Assembly (NCBI RefSeq): GCF_009914755.1
Contig: NC_060930.1
Length of the DNA: 64,000 nucleotides
DNA from: the human T2T-CHM13v2.0 reference genome, Homo sapiens
Reading direction: 5' to 3' (one strand)
Shown: positions 27,251-42,866 of the stretch, one piece after another
Position numbering within the stretch: the stretch's first letter is position 1
How the letters are laid out: each line of letters starts with the position of its first letter
The notes under the pieces: model-generated
Told to the model about the DNA's origin: nothing
Databases searched by the model: none
The model's input: only the letters and a program-made list of their open reading frames with translations
Program-made: the position numbers and the translations under genes

Positions 27251-27736
27251 TGGGATTGAGTGCACAGAGTGAAAAATGTGTCCATACAGGGAACGTACTT
27301 ACTCCTTTGGAGCACTTATTTCATATGTGGATCAGACAAGTTAGCAAGATGGTAGGTATGCTGCCAACTATAACGACAGAGATATCTACACATGTGTAGA
27401 TTGTAAGATTGGTGCTTCTGGAGCATTAATAACAGATCAGAACCCGAGGATTTGTTTTACCACAGATTAGGATGCACCCCAAACACCTTCTAGAATGTCC
27501 AGGCTGCTTCTCACTCTGTTCCCTAAACTCTAAGAATTAGCTATAAATTAGCTATTAATCCTCCATTCACATCCAATTTTGTGTAGTTTTAAAAGTACAA
27601 GCATATAAAAATAGATAAGCCAACCTGTTCCATTAGCCCTTTAATCAATATTTTAGAGAAGATGAAAATTTGACTCACATTGTATGTTTCACTTACAAAG
27701 CACTCCTATTTCAAGGACTAACCGTACTATAGCTGG

Positions 27737-28104
27737 TGATATGGTTTGGCTGTGCCTCTACCCAAATCTCATCCTGAATTGTAGCTCCCATAATTCCCAC
27801 ATGTTGTGGGAGGCACCTGGCAGAAGATAACTGAATCATGGGGGTGGTTTATCCCACACTGTTCCCCTGGTAGTGAATAAGTCTCACACGATCTGATGGT
27901 TGTATAAGGGGTTTCCCCTTTCGCTTGGTTCTCATTCTCTTTTGCCTGCCGCCATGTAAGATGTGCCTTTGCCTTTCACCTTCTGCCATGATTGGGAGGC
28001 CTCCCAGCCATGCAGAACTATGAGTCCATTTAACCTCTTTTTTTTTTTATAAATTGCCCAGTCTTGGGTATGTCTTTATCAGAGTGTGAGAATGGACTCA
28101 TACA
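27737..28104 (+). mobile_element. THE1C solo LTR
   Basis: TGATATGGTTTGGCTGTG...GACTCATACA with GGTTTCCCCTTTCGCTTGG. Perfect TSD GCTGG. Confidence 0.92.
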
Positions 28105-28111
28105 GCTGGAA

Positions 28112-28432
28112 TTTTTTTTTTTTTTTTTTTTTTTTTGAGATGGAGTCTCGTTTTGCTCTGTCACCCAGGCTGGAGTGCACTGGCAGGATCTCGGCTCAGT
28201 GCAACCTCTGCCTCCCGGGTTCAAGCCATTCTCCTGCCTCAGCCTCCCTCAGCCTCCTGAGTAGCTGGGATTACAGGCACATGCCATCAGGCCCAGCTAA
28301 TTATTTGTGTTTTTAGTAGAGACAGAGTTTCACCATGTTGGTCAGGCTGGTCTTGAACTCCTGACCTCGTGATCTGCCCGCCTTGGCCTCCCACAGTGCT
28401 GGGACTACAGGCGTGAGCCACTGTACCTGGCC
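28112..28432 (-). mobile_element. AluS (Sg/Sc type)
   Basis: Poly-T plus antisense dimer with a short internal CTCAGCCTCC duplication. Confidence 0.93.
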
Positions 28433-30371
28433 AAAAATTATTATTTAACATGAAAAGAGCACGTATAGTATGATTTTTTTTAGGAAAAAAGTTAAAACTG
28501 TCTGTCAAAATATAGCTAATGTGTACCATTTAGATAAATGCAATTTAAGAGAATATTATGCTGGAACACATATTATGTGTCTTGTGTTCAAGCACATCAC
28601 ATACATCATCCACATGAGCTGTCCCAAAGTCTGTAAGAGCAGAGTCACACACTCATTTGACAAATGGATGACCGAAGGCTTAGAAAGTTGAGGTAATTTT
28701 CCCAAATACATACACAGCAAGTGGTGGAGACAGGATTCAAATGTGAGTCAATGCAACTTGGAGAATTTCCGTAATGGCGGTTAAGGAAATAAATTTTGCC
28801 TGCTGAATAGTTGTAATGTTCATTCCTTCACCTCTAGGCTAACCATTTCACTTCTCTGCCTAAAATCTCCAGTGGTTCCACCTTGCATGGTTGTTTCCAC
28901 GTGTGATTGACTAGGCATACTTACTAGTAAAAAATGTGAGCACACAGCCCCCAAAGCATCTTGTTTATTCACAAATTTTATATGCATTACTCTACTAAGA
29001 GATTAAGTACACCATAAAATACACACTGCTTAGAATTTAAGAACAGATCCAAATGAGAGAATTACAATGTTGACACGTGGTTATTTGTTTTTCACTATTG
29101 AGTAGGAAACCAACGAAAAGCTTCCAATGGTACTCTAATGCTGGTGAAATTTTTTAATTACCGATGACTTCACCAAAGTTTGTCTTCAAGTTTTAGGTGA
29201 TTTCTTGGTAAGAGCGTTGACCATGGTCTCAGCCTCACACTGTTAGCAGTCAGCATCACATTGCACAACACTCCCTGAGGACAAGGCTCATGGTTAATAG
29301 TGGTGGATATGAATTCTTATTTCAAATAGTGCTTAACTCTTGTCAGATCTGATAAAACCATCTTTTTCTTTTCTTTTTTTGCTTGTTAACGTGGCTGGTG
29401 AAGTGCCTTAGTATAGTCTTCAATACTATTTCATTTTGTAAGAGTTGCTTTAGTTTAAACGAGGATCATGTCAACTGCAAAACACTGCTATGTGCTACAG
29501 GAGACAAATCAATGCTGGCACACAGGAATGTCCGCTTTTCCCAAATGTTACCTGTGACCATCAGAAATATTCAGGCAACTGGGAGTGGGCATACCATGAG
29601 CAAAGTGAGGGGTTTTTCCTATTTGCTTTGATTAAAAATTAATATAAATGAAAGTCCTAGTATTTTATTCCTGCACACTGATGGTATGTTTCGCATCCGT
29701 TGGGATGCATCAACTGATTTTGGAGCCCAGGAAAAGTCTAAGCTATTTGGACACTAAGCTGCTACTTAGGACTCCCAGAAACCCCATGCCTATGCTCGCA
29801 GCTACATCTCTCAATATCTTCATCAACATTTATTTGTAGTTTACTGTGCTTACGTACAACCTTTCAGGTCATGGCTGCACTCAAGCTGAGTTCCCTACCT
29901 AGAAAATCCTTCCTTCCTATATTTTACTCTTAATCTAAAATTTCTACATTATTCCTACTTATCCTGTAAAAGTCAGATTCGGAGTGATTGGAAGACATTT
30001 CTTCCATGTACTTGTGAGAATTAAGGGTTAACTTGTCCAGTACTCATTCCTCAGTACGTTGGCTTGAAAAGGACTTAGCCTTGCAGGCTCAGGAAAGAGA
30101 ATGGTGTTTCCCTATCAGGAACTCTAAAGCAGCAAGTGAAGAGGGGTGGATGGATGTGGAATGAGATGTGGACTTGTCACTCTGCCACCAGGACGAATAT
30201 ACAAAATCTGGAGTCCGTTACACTTGACATTTTCACACACAGAAGCCATGCATTTTTCAAGGTACTATAGCTTTTAATAAAAGCTCTTTGTGCTTTGAAG
30301 AGGGTGTTGGATAACAGTACATATACATACTTGTTTTAAAAAAAGAAGAAAATTAATTGAGGCCAGCATAC

Positions 30372-30491
30372 ATTTTTCCATGCCATTTCCAACTTTAACA
30401 CCGTTGAAATTCCTTTAAATTCAGCTTGAGGTTCCCATGGAATCACCTCTGGCCACGGGCCGTCAGGTACAATCTTGGGATTAAGAGCTCT
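30372..30491 (-). other. Candidate 120-nt spliced exon (RALNPKIVPDGPWPEVIPWEPQAEFKGISTVLKLEMAWKN)
   Basis: Minus strand reads gtcttcacAG|AGA...AAAAAT|GTATGC. Symmetric open frame with CpGs, but both splice sites are only moderate. Confidence 0.27.
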
Positions 30492-31705
30492 CTGTGAAGA
30501 CCTGGTGACCTTGACCATTCAGGGCATTTCAGATTATTCTAAGGCATATTTTTAAAAGTAGGGTTTTTTCCTACATGACTAGTTTTGTTAAACTTGTAAT
30601 TTCTTTTTAACATAAATTTCATACTGAAACAAGTTAAACTGTTTTTTACTGAAAGTCAGCTTTTGACAGAAGCGTACCCCTCCCTGGAGAAACAGTTCTT
30701 CAGAACCTATGAATATGTAACACCAATGACTTCTAGCACTTTTAATTTTACAAATTCCCTTCTAACGGCTTTAATTGTAATTCCTGGCATAAAAGAGGCA
30801 ACAGGATAATACTTTGTTGAAATGTTTAATTGAAGTATAATACATGTATGTCTTTTATGAAACAACCTCAAACTTAGCATTGCAAGCACAGTACAAATAA
30901 CTATTTTTAAATCAACAAAAATGATATCTATTTATTGTATATAATGTTGTTTTGAAATATGTATGTGTTGTGGAACAGCTAAATTGAGACAATATGTGCA
31001 TTACCTCATATACTTATTTTTTGTGGTGACAACACCGAATATCTAGTCATTAGTGATTTTCAAGAATGTAATACATTGTTATTAACTACAGTCACCATAT
31101 TGTGCAATACTGTGCAATACATCACTTTTTCCTCCTGACTCACTGAAAGTTTGCTTCCTGTGACCAACACCTCCCCGCCCACACACAGCCCCAACTTCCA
31201 GCCCCTGGCAACCAGCATTTTACCCTCTACTTCTCAGATTTCAGTGTTTTTAGATTCCACGTATACGTGAAACCGTGCAATATTTGTTTTTCTGTGCCTG
31301 GCTCATTTTATGTAACATCATGTCCTTCAGGTTCATCCATGTTGTCACAGATGACAGGGTATTGTTCTTTTAAAAGGTCCTATGGTATCTTATTGTGTTT
31401 ATAAATATAACACATTTTCTTTATTCATTCATCAGTCAATGGACACTTAGGTAGGTCCCTACCTGGGCTATTGTGAATAGTGCGGCAAAGGACATGGGAG
31501 TGCAGACATCCCTTGACATGCTGGTTTGTTTCCTTTGGATACGTACCCAGAAGTGAGACCACTGGGTCATATGACAGTTCTATTTTTAACTTTTGAGCTG
31601 TTTTCCATAATGGCTGTACCAATTTACATTCCCACCAACAGTGTACAAGGCTTTCCTTTTCTCCACGTCCTTGCCAGCGCTTATCACTTATTATCTCTTG
31701 TCTTT

Positions 31706-31998
31706 CTTGTCTTTTTTTTTTTTTTTAAGATAGATGTCGCTTTGTCACCCAGGCTGGAGTGCAATCTCATCTCACTGCAACCTCTCCCTCCTGAGTTCAA
31801 GCGATTCTCCTGCCTGAGCCTCCTGAGTAGCTGGCATTACAGGCACCCACCACCACACTAGATAACTTTTGTATTTTTAGTACAGAGAGGGTTTTGCCAT
31901 TTTGGCCAGGCTGCTCTCAAACTCCTGACCTCAGATGATCTGTCCCCTTCAGCCTCCCAAAGTGCTGGGATTACAGGCATGAGCCACCGTGCCCGGCC
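31706..31998 (-). mobile_element. AluSx-type
   Basis: TSD ATCTCTTGTCTTT. Confidence 0.92.
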
Positions 31999-32628
31999 AT
32001 CTCTTGTCTTTTTGATAACAGCCATCCTAACAGGTATGAGGTAATATCTCATTGTGGTTTTAATGATAATTTTTTCCCTGATAATTTATGATGTGGAGTA
32101 TTTTTTCATATACCTGTTGGCCATTTGTATGACTTCTTTTGAGAAAAGTTTATTCTGTTTCTTTACCCCATTTTTAAATTGGGTTACTTATTTTCTAACT
32201 ATTGAGTTTTTGAGTTCCTTATCTATTTTGAATATTAACCTCTTATCAAATGTATGGTTGGCAAATATTTTCTGCCATTTCATAGGTTGTCTCTTCACTC
32301 TGCTGATTGTTGCGTGGCTGATACAGAAGTTCTTTAGTTTGATGCATTCCCACCTATTTTCCCTTTTGTTGCTTGTGCTTTTGGAGTCATATCCAAAAAA
32401 TAACTGGCCATATCAATACCACGCAGCTTTTCCTCTGTGTTTTCTTCTGTGAGCTTTACAGATTCAGTTCTTACATTTACAGCTTTAATCCACTTTGGGT
32501 TGATTTTTGTATATGAGGTCAGATAAGGGTCTCATTTCCTTCTTCTGCTTGTGGATATCCAGTTGTTCCAACACCACTTATGGAAGAGACAGTACTTTCC
32601 CCGTTATGTATTCTTGGCGTCTTTGTCA

Positions 32629-32940
<312 letters not shown>

Positions 32941-33269
32941 CCAATTGACTGTATATGTGTGGATTTATATCTGAGATCTAGAGATACTATAACTCTCTAT
33001 ATCTCTAGAGATACTCTAACTATGTGGTATATATTTTAAGGCAGGTAGTGTGATGCCTCCAGCTTTATTTACATAACTACTTTTGGGAGTAAGTTGCTGC
33101 CATGATGCTCCATCATCCCTGAAAACTTTACTGTGTATTTCCTAAAAACAAGACATTCTTCTACACAATTGGTCCATTCACCAAAATCAGGAACTCACAT
33201 TGATACACTATTAGCATTTAATCCACAGGCCTGATGTAAGTTGTCTCAATTATGTTCTTTCTTACCATG

Positions 33270-33570
33270 TTTTTCATTTTTCTAATTTTCTCTTTTTTAA
33301 TTTTAAGTTCCAGGGTCCATGTACAGGACGTGCAGGTTTGTTACATAGGTAAACGTGTGCCACGGTGGTTTGCTGCCCCATCAACCCATCCCCTAGGTAT
33401 TAAACCCAGCTTGCATTTGTTATTATTCCCAATACTCTCCGTCCCCCCACCCATCCCCCAGTAGGCCCCAGTGTGTGTTGTTCCCCTCCCTGTGTCCCTG
33501 TGTTCTCACTGTTCAGCTCCCACTTATAAGTGAGAAGGTGCGGTGTCTGGTTTTCTGTTCCTGCATTAGT
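33270..33570 (-). mobile_element. L1PA (L1PA8-10-like) 3'UTR fragment
   Basis: GTGCAGGTTTGTTACATAGGTAAACGTGTGCCA..GGTGGTTTGCTGC. Confidence 0.88.
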
Positions 33571-34018
33571 TATGCACCAGCTAAGACTATGCCTTGCATT
33601 TAGGTGCCATGTCTCTTTTGGTCCTGGCTACATTTGCATATAGGAAAACAATAACAATTAATGGCAATCATCAATACTTTCCTCTATCTAGTTAGGTTAA
33701 TCTAGACATGGTGTATAAAAACAATTACATTATTAATCTTAAAAGATAAGTAAAGCGCTCATGAAAACGGGGAAACTGATACATAAATATTTTCTTCGAC
33801 TGCTCATGCTGCATTCTGGAGACGACCTTCACTATTTTTTGCACAAATATTTGAAAAACATACGCAGGTATTTTATCTAAAAGATCCATGCCTTCTTAAA
33901 GCATGAAAGTTGGAAAAGTGGTTGTGGGTCCACCAAACTACAAAGCCCAATTTCTAGAAGAAATAGAGGGCATGGCACACTGCTGATGAAGAACACACAG
34001 GGCAGAAATACATAACTT

Positions 34019-34373
<355 letters not shown>

Positions 34374-35319
34374 TTAAAAAAAACAGGATCAGAGGGTTTT
34401 ATAAGTGAGTTCCACTAAACTCTCAAGTAACATTCCAATTCCTTCATGTTTAAAAAAAAGAAAAAGAAAAAAAGCTGTTCAGTTTTGTTTAAATTAATTT
34501 CTAAATAAAACAGGAGCAATAAAAGAAAATGAGGATGAAATTCCATTTCACTTGTAAGTATACATATGAAACAGAATCCAAATAATATCCCATCATCAAG
34601 ATTTATCTCAAGAATGTGAGGATGGTTTATCATCTGAAAAATCCCCATCAATGTAATTTAAAATAGGAAGAAACTGAAAGGTAAAGCACTTATTATCTCT
34701 TATAATACGGACGCAATGACTTAATAATAGTCCATAACTTTACTATTAAAGCAAACAGAAAAGAACAACAGAGTAAACCAGGAATGGAACAGAAGTCTCT
34801 AACTTGATAAGGGCAATATATCAAACATTGCAAAAATATTTAAATTTCTGGGAGAACTCTTAGCTACATTTTAACTTCTGAAAAAAAAAAAATAGAGGAT
34901 GATATCAGCAAACAAAACAAACTCCAGAGATGAGAAATTGAAACTAGCACTCAGAGGAACGCCAGGGCAGTGGGCCTTCTGAGCCCAGAAAGGCCCGGAT
35001 TCACAATGAAGGGACCTAGCCTCAGACGGCAGATGAGAGTGGCAGTGTTTAGCACTGTCCCTTAGGAGATGCTCAGTAAAATGCCTCTGCCAGCTGCCTC
35101 CTCTTCCTCACCTGTATGTAGCTGTGAAATCCTGGGCACTGTTCTCGAAAGAGCATAAGATGCTCCGAGAGGGTCGGCCTTATACGATTTAAGCTGGGCC
35201 AAGAGGGCAAGTGGAGTCTCAGGGGATGGCAGCCTGTGCTGTGGAGGTGAGGGCCACAGAGCAAAGCCCCTCCATGAAGGGCTCAAAGCAAAGGAGAGGC
35301 CTTCTGCAGTGCGGCCATT

Positions 35320-35500
35320 AAGATCATGGTCTGGGAAGCCAGGCTGCCTGGGTTTCAATCTCAGCTCTACCACTTACTGCATGACTCAGTTTGTTTGTCT
35401 TGTGCCCTGCACTCCTCATCTCCATGAAGAGCTAATGGCAGCACCTACTTCAAGGTTGGTTGGAAGGGGTGAATGAGTTAATCCAGGTAAAACATGAGAA
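35320..35500 (+). mobile_element. MIR
   Basis: CTGCCTGGGTTTCAATCTCAGCTCTACCACTTACT. Confidence 0.7.
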
Positions 35501-35804
35501 CAGTCTCTGTTCTTCCTCAAGGGAAGCCTCCTGACGCCTGAACACACACATTCCACTGGTGTATTTCCAGCACAAGATTCTGGTGTGCATATGCCTCCAA
35601 AATGCAATAGGGAATCTATGTAACCTTCCAATACTAATTAACATATTGTTTGGCCACACATATTAATAAACAAGCAGGAATCATCTGATTTTGGAGGTAA
35701 GTAAATAACATGAAAAAGAAATGCCAAGATGCACAAAGACAACAACTAATCATATTAATAGGACTGTTTAATGGAAGGTACATGAAAGAAGAAGAAATCA
35801 AAGA

Positions 35805-35985
35805 ACCGGTGCTTCTCAGACTCTGACGTGCAAGTGGATTACCAGGAGATTTGTTATTAATAAATAAATAAGAATGAAATGCAGCCTGCATCAGCAGGCC
35901 AGGCGTGGACTCTGGGATTCAGCATTTCTCAACAAGCCCACCGTGTAACACCAATTGTTGCTGGTCCACGTTCCACACTTTTAGG
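35805..35985. mobile_element. MER5A/B hAT-Charlie element
   Basis: GGTGCTTCTCAGACT...GCATTTCTCAACAAGC...TGCTGGTCCACG..CCACACTTT. Confidence 0.7.
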
Positions 35986-36656
35986 GGTGGGGATCAAAAA
36001 GATAAAGTCAAGAAATGTTTCAGGAGTAGGAGGAAAACGACAAAAATATACAAAGAAAGAGATATTTTTAAAGTAAATGCAAAATTAAGAAGTAAAATAA
36101 TTCTAATAGGCATCCTTAAAGAAGATGGCAGAAATCAGAGAGGGGAGAATATAATTTTAAAAATAAGGATATTTTCCTGGGCAATAAGGATAAAAGGACT
36201 AGTTCTCCATGCTGGCTACATGCTCTGATTTTGGGTGGCATCAAAGAATACCAATTGTTTGGCCATAATCTATGGAGGCATAGCTTACGTATCTGTGGTT
36301 TTTAAAATCATAGTGAAGTGAGAAGCACTCATCACGCATTAGAGTAAAACAGCCCAAAGGGTATGCAGCGAAAAGAAGACAGAACCCACCTTGACATATT
36401 TTATGGCTCTAAACGGGGATAGAAAATCTGAGAGGTTTTACAAGAAATATAACACCTGAAACCTACATATGAAACAAATGCCCGAATTGAATTCACCTTC
36501 TCAATAGTAGTGCCAAGTTTTAGAAGAGCAGTGCCTTCAAATTGGGAGAGAAATGCTATAAACACAGCCAAACCACATCAAAATAAAGAATGGAACTAAC
36601 AAATAATGCCTTCAAGGAGAAAGGAGATTATATGACAACAAATTCTACAAATATAA

Positions 36657-36966
<310 letters not shown>

Positions 36967-38440
36967 TAACTATAACATAAAGGCATATGTTTCTTCCACC
37001 AATAAGAAAAATAAAAATCAATTTCTCTGAGAACAATAGAGCAGTAAAAGAAAGGCATAAATCTGAACCAAATATGAAACAAACTAAAATATGATAAGAT
37101 TTTTAGTAACTGATATCTCCTATAAACTCTGAGGTTTGGAACATTATTAATGATTAGTACAGGCTGAGAAACATTCAAATATCATTTCTTTCTCATGGAT
37201 CCAATCGTCATACATACTTGCCCGGCCACATAATACAATCTTATAAACCTTGTCAATGTAACTGTATTACTACATCTGACAGAATTTAGGAGGAGACAAA
37301 AAAGTGGTGAAAAATGTGGATAGAAAATGATTGGTTGATAAGTTCCATCAAAGTTTGTTGAATACATCAGAGTTAAAGTATGTCGTTCAAAGTAACAATG
37401 CACTTGATGATTACAGCTCCCGTAAGTACGGGAAGAGGATGGATAGATTAACAATGGGAACAGGCTGGGAGAAGAGATGTGGGGCAAAGAATGCCAAATT
37501 ATTAGGTTTTCAAGGTGGGGGGTGAATGTGCATATTTTAATGTTGATAAATCAATAGCTCCGCGATGATGATAATCCCCAAAAGAACTAAGTGGAGAAAC
37601 ACGTACAAGTGGCTAACTCTGGGGAACAGAACTGAGGACATGAGAGAGTGAATTCCTTTTTTTTTTTTTTTCATTTTATGAAGAAAGCAGGAAAGCATGT
37701 ATTACATCCATAATTAAAGATATTTTAAATGGTAATACAACCAAGCAGTTGAAATAACCTAAACATTTCAACTTCATTAATATCTATTTTTAAAAGCATT
37801 TTGAATCATCTGTTTCTCTTAGATACTTCTTCATTTTACTTAGGAGGAGAGCAGCAGTCTATCGTCATTTCTTCTGGGACTTTGCACAAATCAGAAGATT
37901 TGCACAAGGCAATACTGTGGCAGCACAGAACAACTTTAACAAGTTCACGGAAAGGAAAACCATTCACATTCGAAATAGAGCTCCATGCCTCTAACCAATA
38001 CCTTCCCCTGGCATATGTCTGACCTTGTCCTGGGGACTGAACTAGAGTCATTTCCTGTGTTACTCAGGACACAAGTGTCACGATGTTGTATGCACTCCAG
38101 TCTTGACTGACTAGCCCAGAAGGGCAAAAAGGCAATGTGAGGGGCTTAGTCTTGCTGCCCAGCCCTCACTGTTCACTTTCCAGAATTCTTATGGTAGGAA
38201 AATTTCTCAGTTCAAAAGCTTCAGGTTACCTGTGCATTTGCTCTTTCAATACACATGAGGAGCTCGGTGTCACTCAACCTATCCGTATTCCCCATGCTCC
38301 AAGAGTCTCACTCAGAGGTGAGCGTAGGGTTAGAAGAAAAAAATGGGAACAGTTATCATTTAAACAGTTTCTCACAACCCCCATCAGGTACAACTCTTGA
38401 GTGAGTACCAAGATTCCTTGCTTAAAAATAAAAGGTTGAA

Positions 38441-38761
<321 letters not shown>

Positions 38762-40095
38762 CTAATTTATAAAGCAAATAACTAATCTTTTAAATGAGAG
38801 AGAACAGAAGAGTTTCTCATTTTGGAGATTAAAGCATGGCCCAGTCAGCAACTTTATAACACTGACCAGGAGAGGTACATGCCTTTGTTAACCCTGGCTG
38901 TTGTTACTGTTATATCACTAGGGTGTCTCCTCAACAACACTGTTCCTTTTTCTCTTTTCCTGTTGCTGTGAACTAGGCATCAGGCATAGTTGTGTATGAA
39001 GTTATCAGGAAAATCACAAAGATGTGTCTACCAGGGCAGGCAAACCCCAGATCCTAAGGTTTCTGTCCAGCTTTTCCATAAACTTTTCCTATTTCTTACT
39101 CCCAAGTTTGTCAAAAAACACCAGTCTTTGACTTTTTCTCTAAATGAAAACCCCATAGAATCTAAGTTCCAAGCCCAAAATTTATTTGCAAAAGAAAGGA
39201 GGAAGGAATGAAGGAAGAAGGAAGGAAATACATATTATGTCTATTTAATATACACTATGCACTTCTTTAATATATTACTTATTACATATGGATGCATTTT
39301 TATCTGTTCATTCAAGAAAGGATATGTCAAATGCCTTTGCTTGGGAACACCTACGTTCAGTTTGCTCCAAACATGTACCTGGTTTTCAAACGTCCCACAC
39401 TCCTGCTTCACAGGGAAAGATTTGCCATTATGCTTAGTGGTGGGAATCTATGCAAATGGTTCCACATGCCAATGCCAAGCCAAAAGAGAAAGACAAGCCT
39501 TTGTTCCAGAAGACACAGCCCTTTACAGCCCTTTGAATCCATTCCTCTGGGAGCTTCCCCATGGGAGGACTGCTTCTTTCTGTGACCCAGCCTCACTAAA
39601 TGCACTAGGAATCAGCGCACTTCACTAAATATTACATCTAGATCATGTGTGTATTTACTATAATTATGCATATTTCATCTGAACTAATTTTCAGAAACCC
39701 TTTCCTTAGCAAATCGCACATTTTACGAAATGTCAGTGTTTCCTACCAACCACCATGAAAACAACAACAAAAGCTGAAACATAGCAGGAACTGAAATCGC
39801 AGAGTATTTCAAATAGATAATTAGACTGAATTCTAAAGTTCTCTAACTACCATATATGTAATATTAAAAAGGTCATTAAATTGTTGGTGTGACAGGGTTA
39901 GTTAAACATAGGCCTAGCAGCCAGTAAAGATGCTGAGTGCAGTGACAAAGAACGGTGAACGGAGGACCTGTTTGTGAAGGATGAGGATTTTCCTGCATTC
40001 ACCGTTGAGAAGTCAGTCTTCATAGGATGGTGCTGAGTAGGACTAGATAGATTTAATCACCATCACAGGAACAAACTCACTAATTATAGTAGCAG

Positions 40096-40535
40096 TGACA
40101 CAGGACAGGTGAGACCCACAACTGGGGCTTAGCTGAGGAGGGTTCTTGACTTTGCCCAGGAAGGAACTGAGGGGTAAGTCAGTGGTGTTAAAAAGCAATG
40201 TTTACTGAAGTGGCGGTGTACAGCAGCAGCAGCGCTGCCCCGTAGGCAGTGTGCCAGGGCAGCAGCTCAGAGGCAGCATTGCATCCATATTTATACCCAC
40301 TTTTAATTTCATGGGATGGATTATGAAGAAATTTCTAGAAAAGGGTCACCAAGTTGTTGTCATGAAAAGGGGCAGTAACTCCCAAGTGTTGCCATGGCAA
40401 TGGGAAACTGACACAGCACCCTGGTGGGTGTGTCATATGGAAAGCTGCTTCCAGCCCAGCCCTATTTTAGCTAGTCCTCAATTTGGTCCAGTGCCTGAGC
40501 CCCACCTCCAGAGTTGACTTCCACCTTCTACATCA
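40096..40535 (-). mobile_element. MER66-type ERV1 solo LTR
   Basis: TG..CA ends. The reverse complement contains GGACCAAATTGAGGACTAGCTAAAATAGG, AAAAGTGGGTATAAATATG and CTGCCTCTGAGCTGCT. Confidence 0.82.
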
Positions 40536-41379
40536 GTAAGACAAAGAAAGTCGCAAAGTTGGAAGAATATACAGAGAGAGATAAAAGCTGTATTCAGGAA
40601 GTAGATCCTTTATAAAATCCACTAGAAAATACAACTGACTTAGTAATAGCCAATGACGAAACACTGCATGTGCAGAAATTCAGGACTTTATACAAGTAAT
40701 AATGAGTGAGGACGCAAGGCAGCCCTGGCCAGGACGATGAGGGGCAGAGATGATACAGGGACCAGCTATGGCTCTTCGGACCCTGACCAAGGAAGGAAAG
40801 CTACAGATGAGTAAACAGAGTTGACTCCATGAGCTCAGCAGAAATAGGGTGTTTGTTTATGTGTTTGCAGTTTTCACCAGTTCTTAGTGAGAAGTTAGGA
40901 GTTACAGTGTGCACTCCTCTGCTATTTATAGTCTGATATATTAATACAGGAGCTGTCTTGGCCAAGCTCTTCCTCTCTACAGATGCTGTCCCTTAAACAC
41001 TTTCCAACATCCAATGAGCACTTATACAAAGATTGCTTTTTATTTCATTTACCGCCTTCTCAGCTGTTTATGAGTCAAACTGTTTCCTGGTACTGTTGCT
41101 GTAGGTGTATATTGGACATTACTCAGGATCTGAAGCATATACAATATCCCCAAGCTTAAATTAGTCATTGTTTCACTTGTCAAATTCAATTAACATCATA
41201 TGCCAATTGCATACCATGAATCATTTAGTAAACACTGTCTAGAAATATTAACATAAATCCTGTGTTTTACTTAACACTATGTTGAATTCTGTTCATAAGT
41301 TTGTTGTTTGCAACAGTTTAAGTTTTAGTCAATTTCAAAATTCTTTTGAATGTACTATGTGTGTGTACTATGGGATAAA

Positions 41380-42440
41380 AGAAATAAATTAATATATTGA
41401 TGTTTACGGTAATGTGGGTTCTCACTATGGGAAAAGGTAGATATGAATACTGAAAGGGGAAAGGCAATAGATAATTCTATGGTATTCCTGAAGTTATATG
41501 AATGAACTCATTAATGCACACAGACACACATACACATATTCTACCATATAGTAAAATGGTCTAGAAGCAAAAACATTGGTAGTAACGTTTATGTCTAAAT
41601 GTAACAGCCAGATCCTAGGGTTTGGTAAATAGAAGATGAACCTGGAACTTCTGTGCCAAAAAGCAAGGACTCAAAGACCAATGTGGACATATCAAAACTA
41701 TGTAGGAGCTGATTTAAAGGGGTTCATTTTTCTCAAACTGTTCTTTAAAGAAGAATGCTAAATGGCAAATGTAAACAAACAATATAATTATAAATCTTTC
41801 TGGTTTTTTGGAAACCACAAATGCAATTATTTATTTGGGCAGAAATAGAAATGAATCCTTAAAAAGACCGTTGAAGAATAGCATCTTGACATGGTCTGAA
41901 AGCAGTATCCCACATCTTGTCTACTAATTGCATAAGAAAAAGGCAGCCTTGAAACAGGGGCGATGTCCTTTTGAGTATGAAACTCACAAGGGAGAGACTT
42001 TATCAGATCAGATGCTAGTGGGGATCACAAACGCCACCAGATGAGCTGGCGTTCTGTGTTGCTGATGGGATGTAATGTAAAGTACACACCCTCTAGGAAA
42101 CGGTCTTGCCACACATGCTTCACCTGAACATACCATGAGGAAAACGGCAGGACAAATCCAGATTCTGAGACATCCCAAAAAAGGACTGGCCTGACGTCTT
42201 TAAGTATGTCAGAGTTGAGACAGACAAAAAGTGGCAGGAAGTTGTGGCTGACATGACCAGACCGCCAAATGCAACGTGTGGGCTTCACCTCAACCGGGAG
42301 AAGAAAAACAGATGTCCACAGAAGACGTTCGGAGATGGATGGGAAGATGTGCACAAGGGCTGCCCATGAAATAATATCACTGAGTCAACGTACAGGCATG
42401 GTGATGGAACAGGATGACTTTGCATTTAAGAGATGCACGC
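41380..42440 (+). mobile_element. Old L1M (L1MC/ME-like) 3'UTR fragment
   Basis: Degenerate L1MC-type motifs (GAACCTGGAACTTC..GTGCCA, CAAATCCAGATTCTGAGACAT, CTGGCCTG..TCTT). Boundaries approximate. Confidence 0.6.
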
Positions 42441-42441
42441 T

Positions 42442-42866
<425 letters not shown>

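Noticed and set aside
27303-27367. Minus-strand exon-like segment (tctctgtcgttatAG ... GGA|GTAAGT)
   Set aside because: Stops in all frames. It shows that such signals occur by chance here, though a non-coding exon is not excluded.
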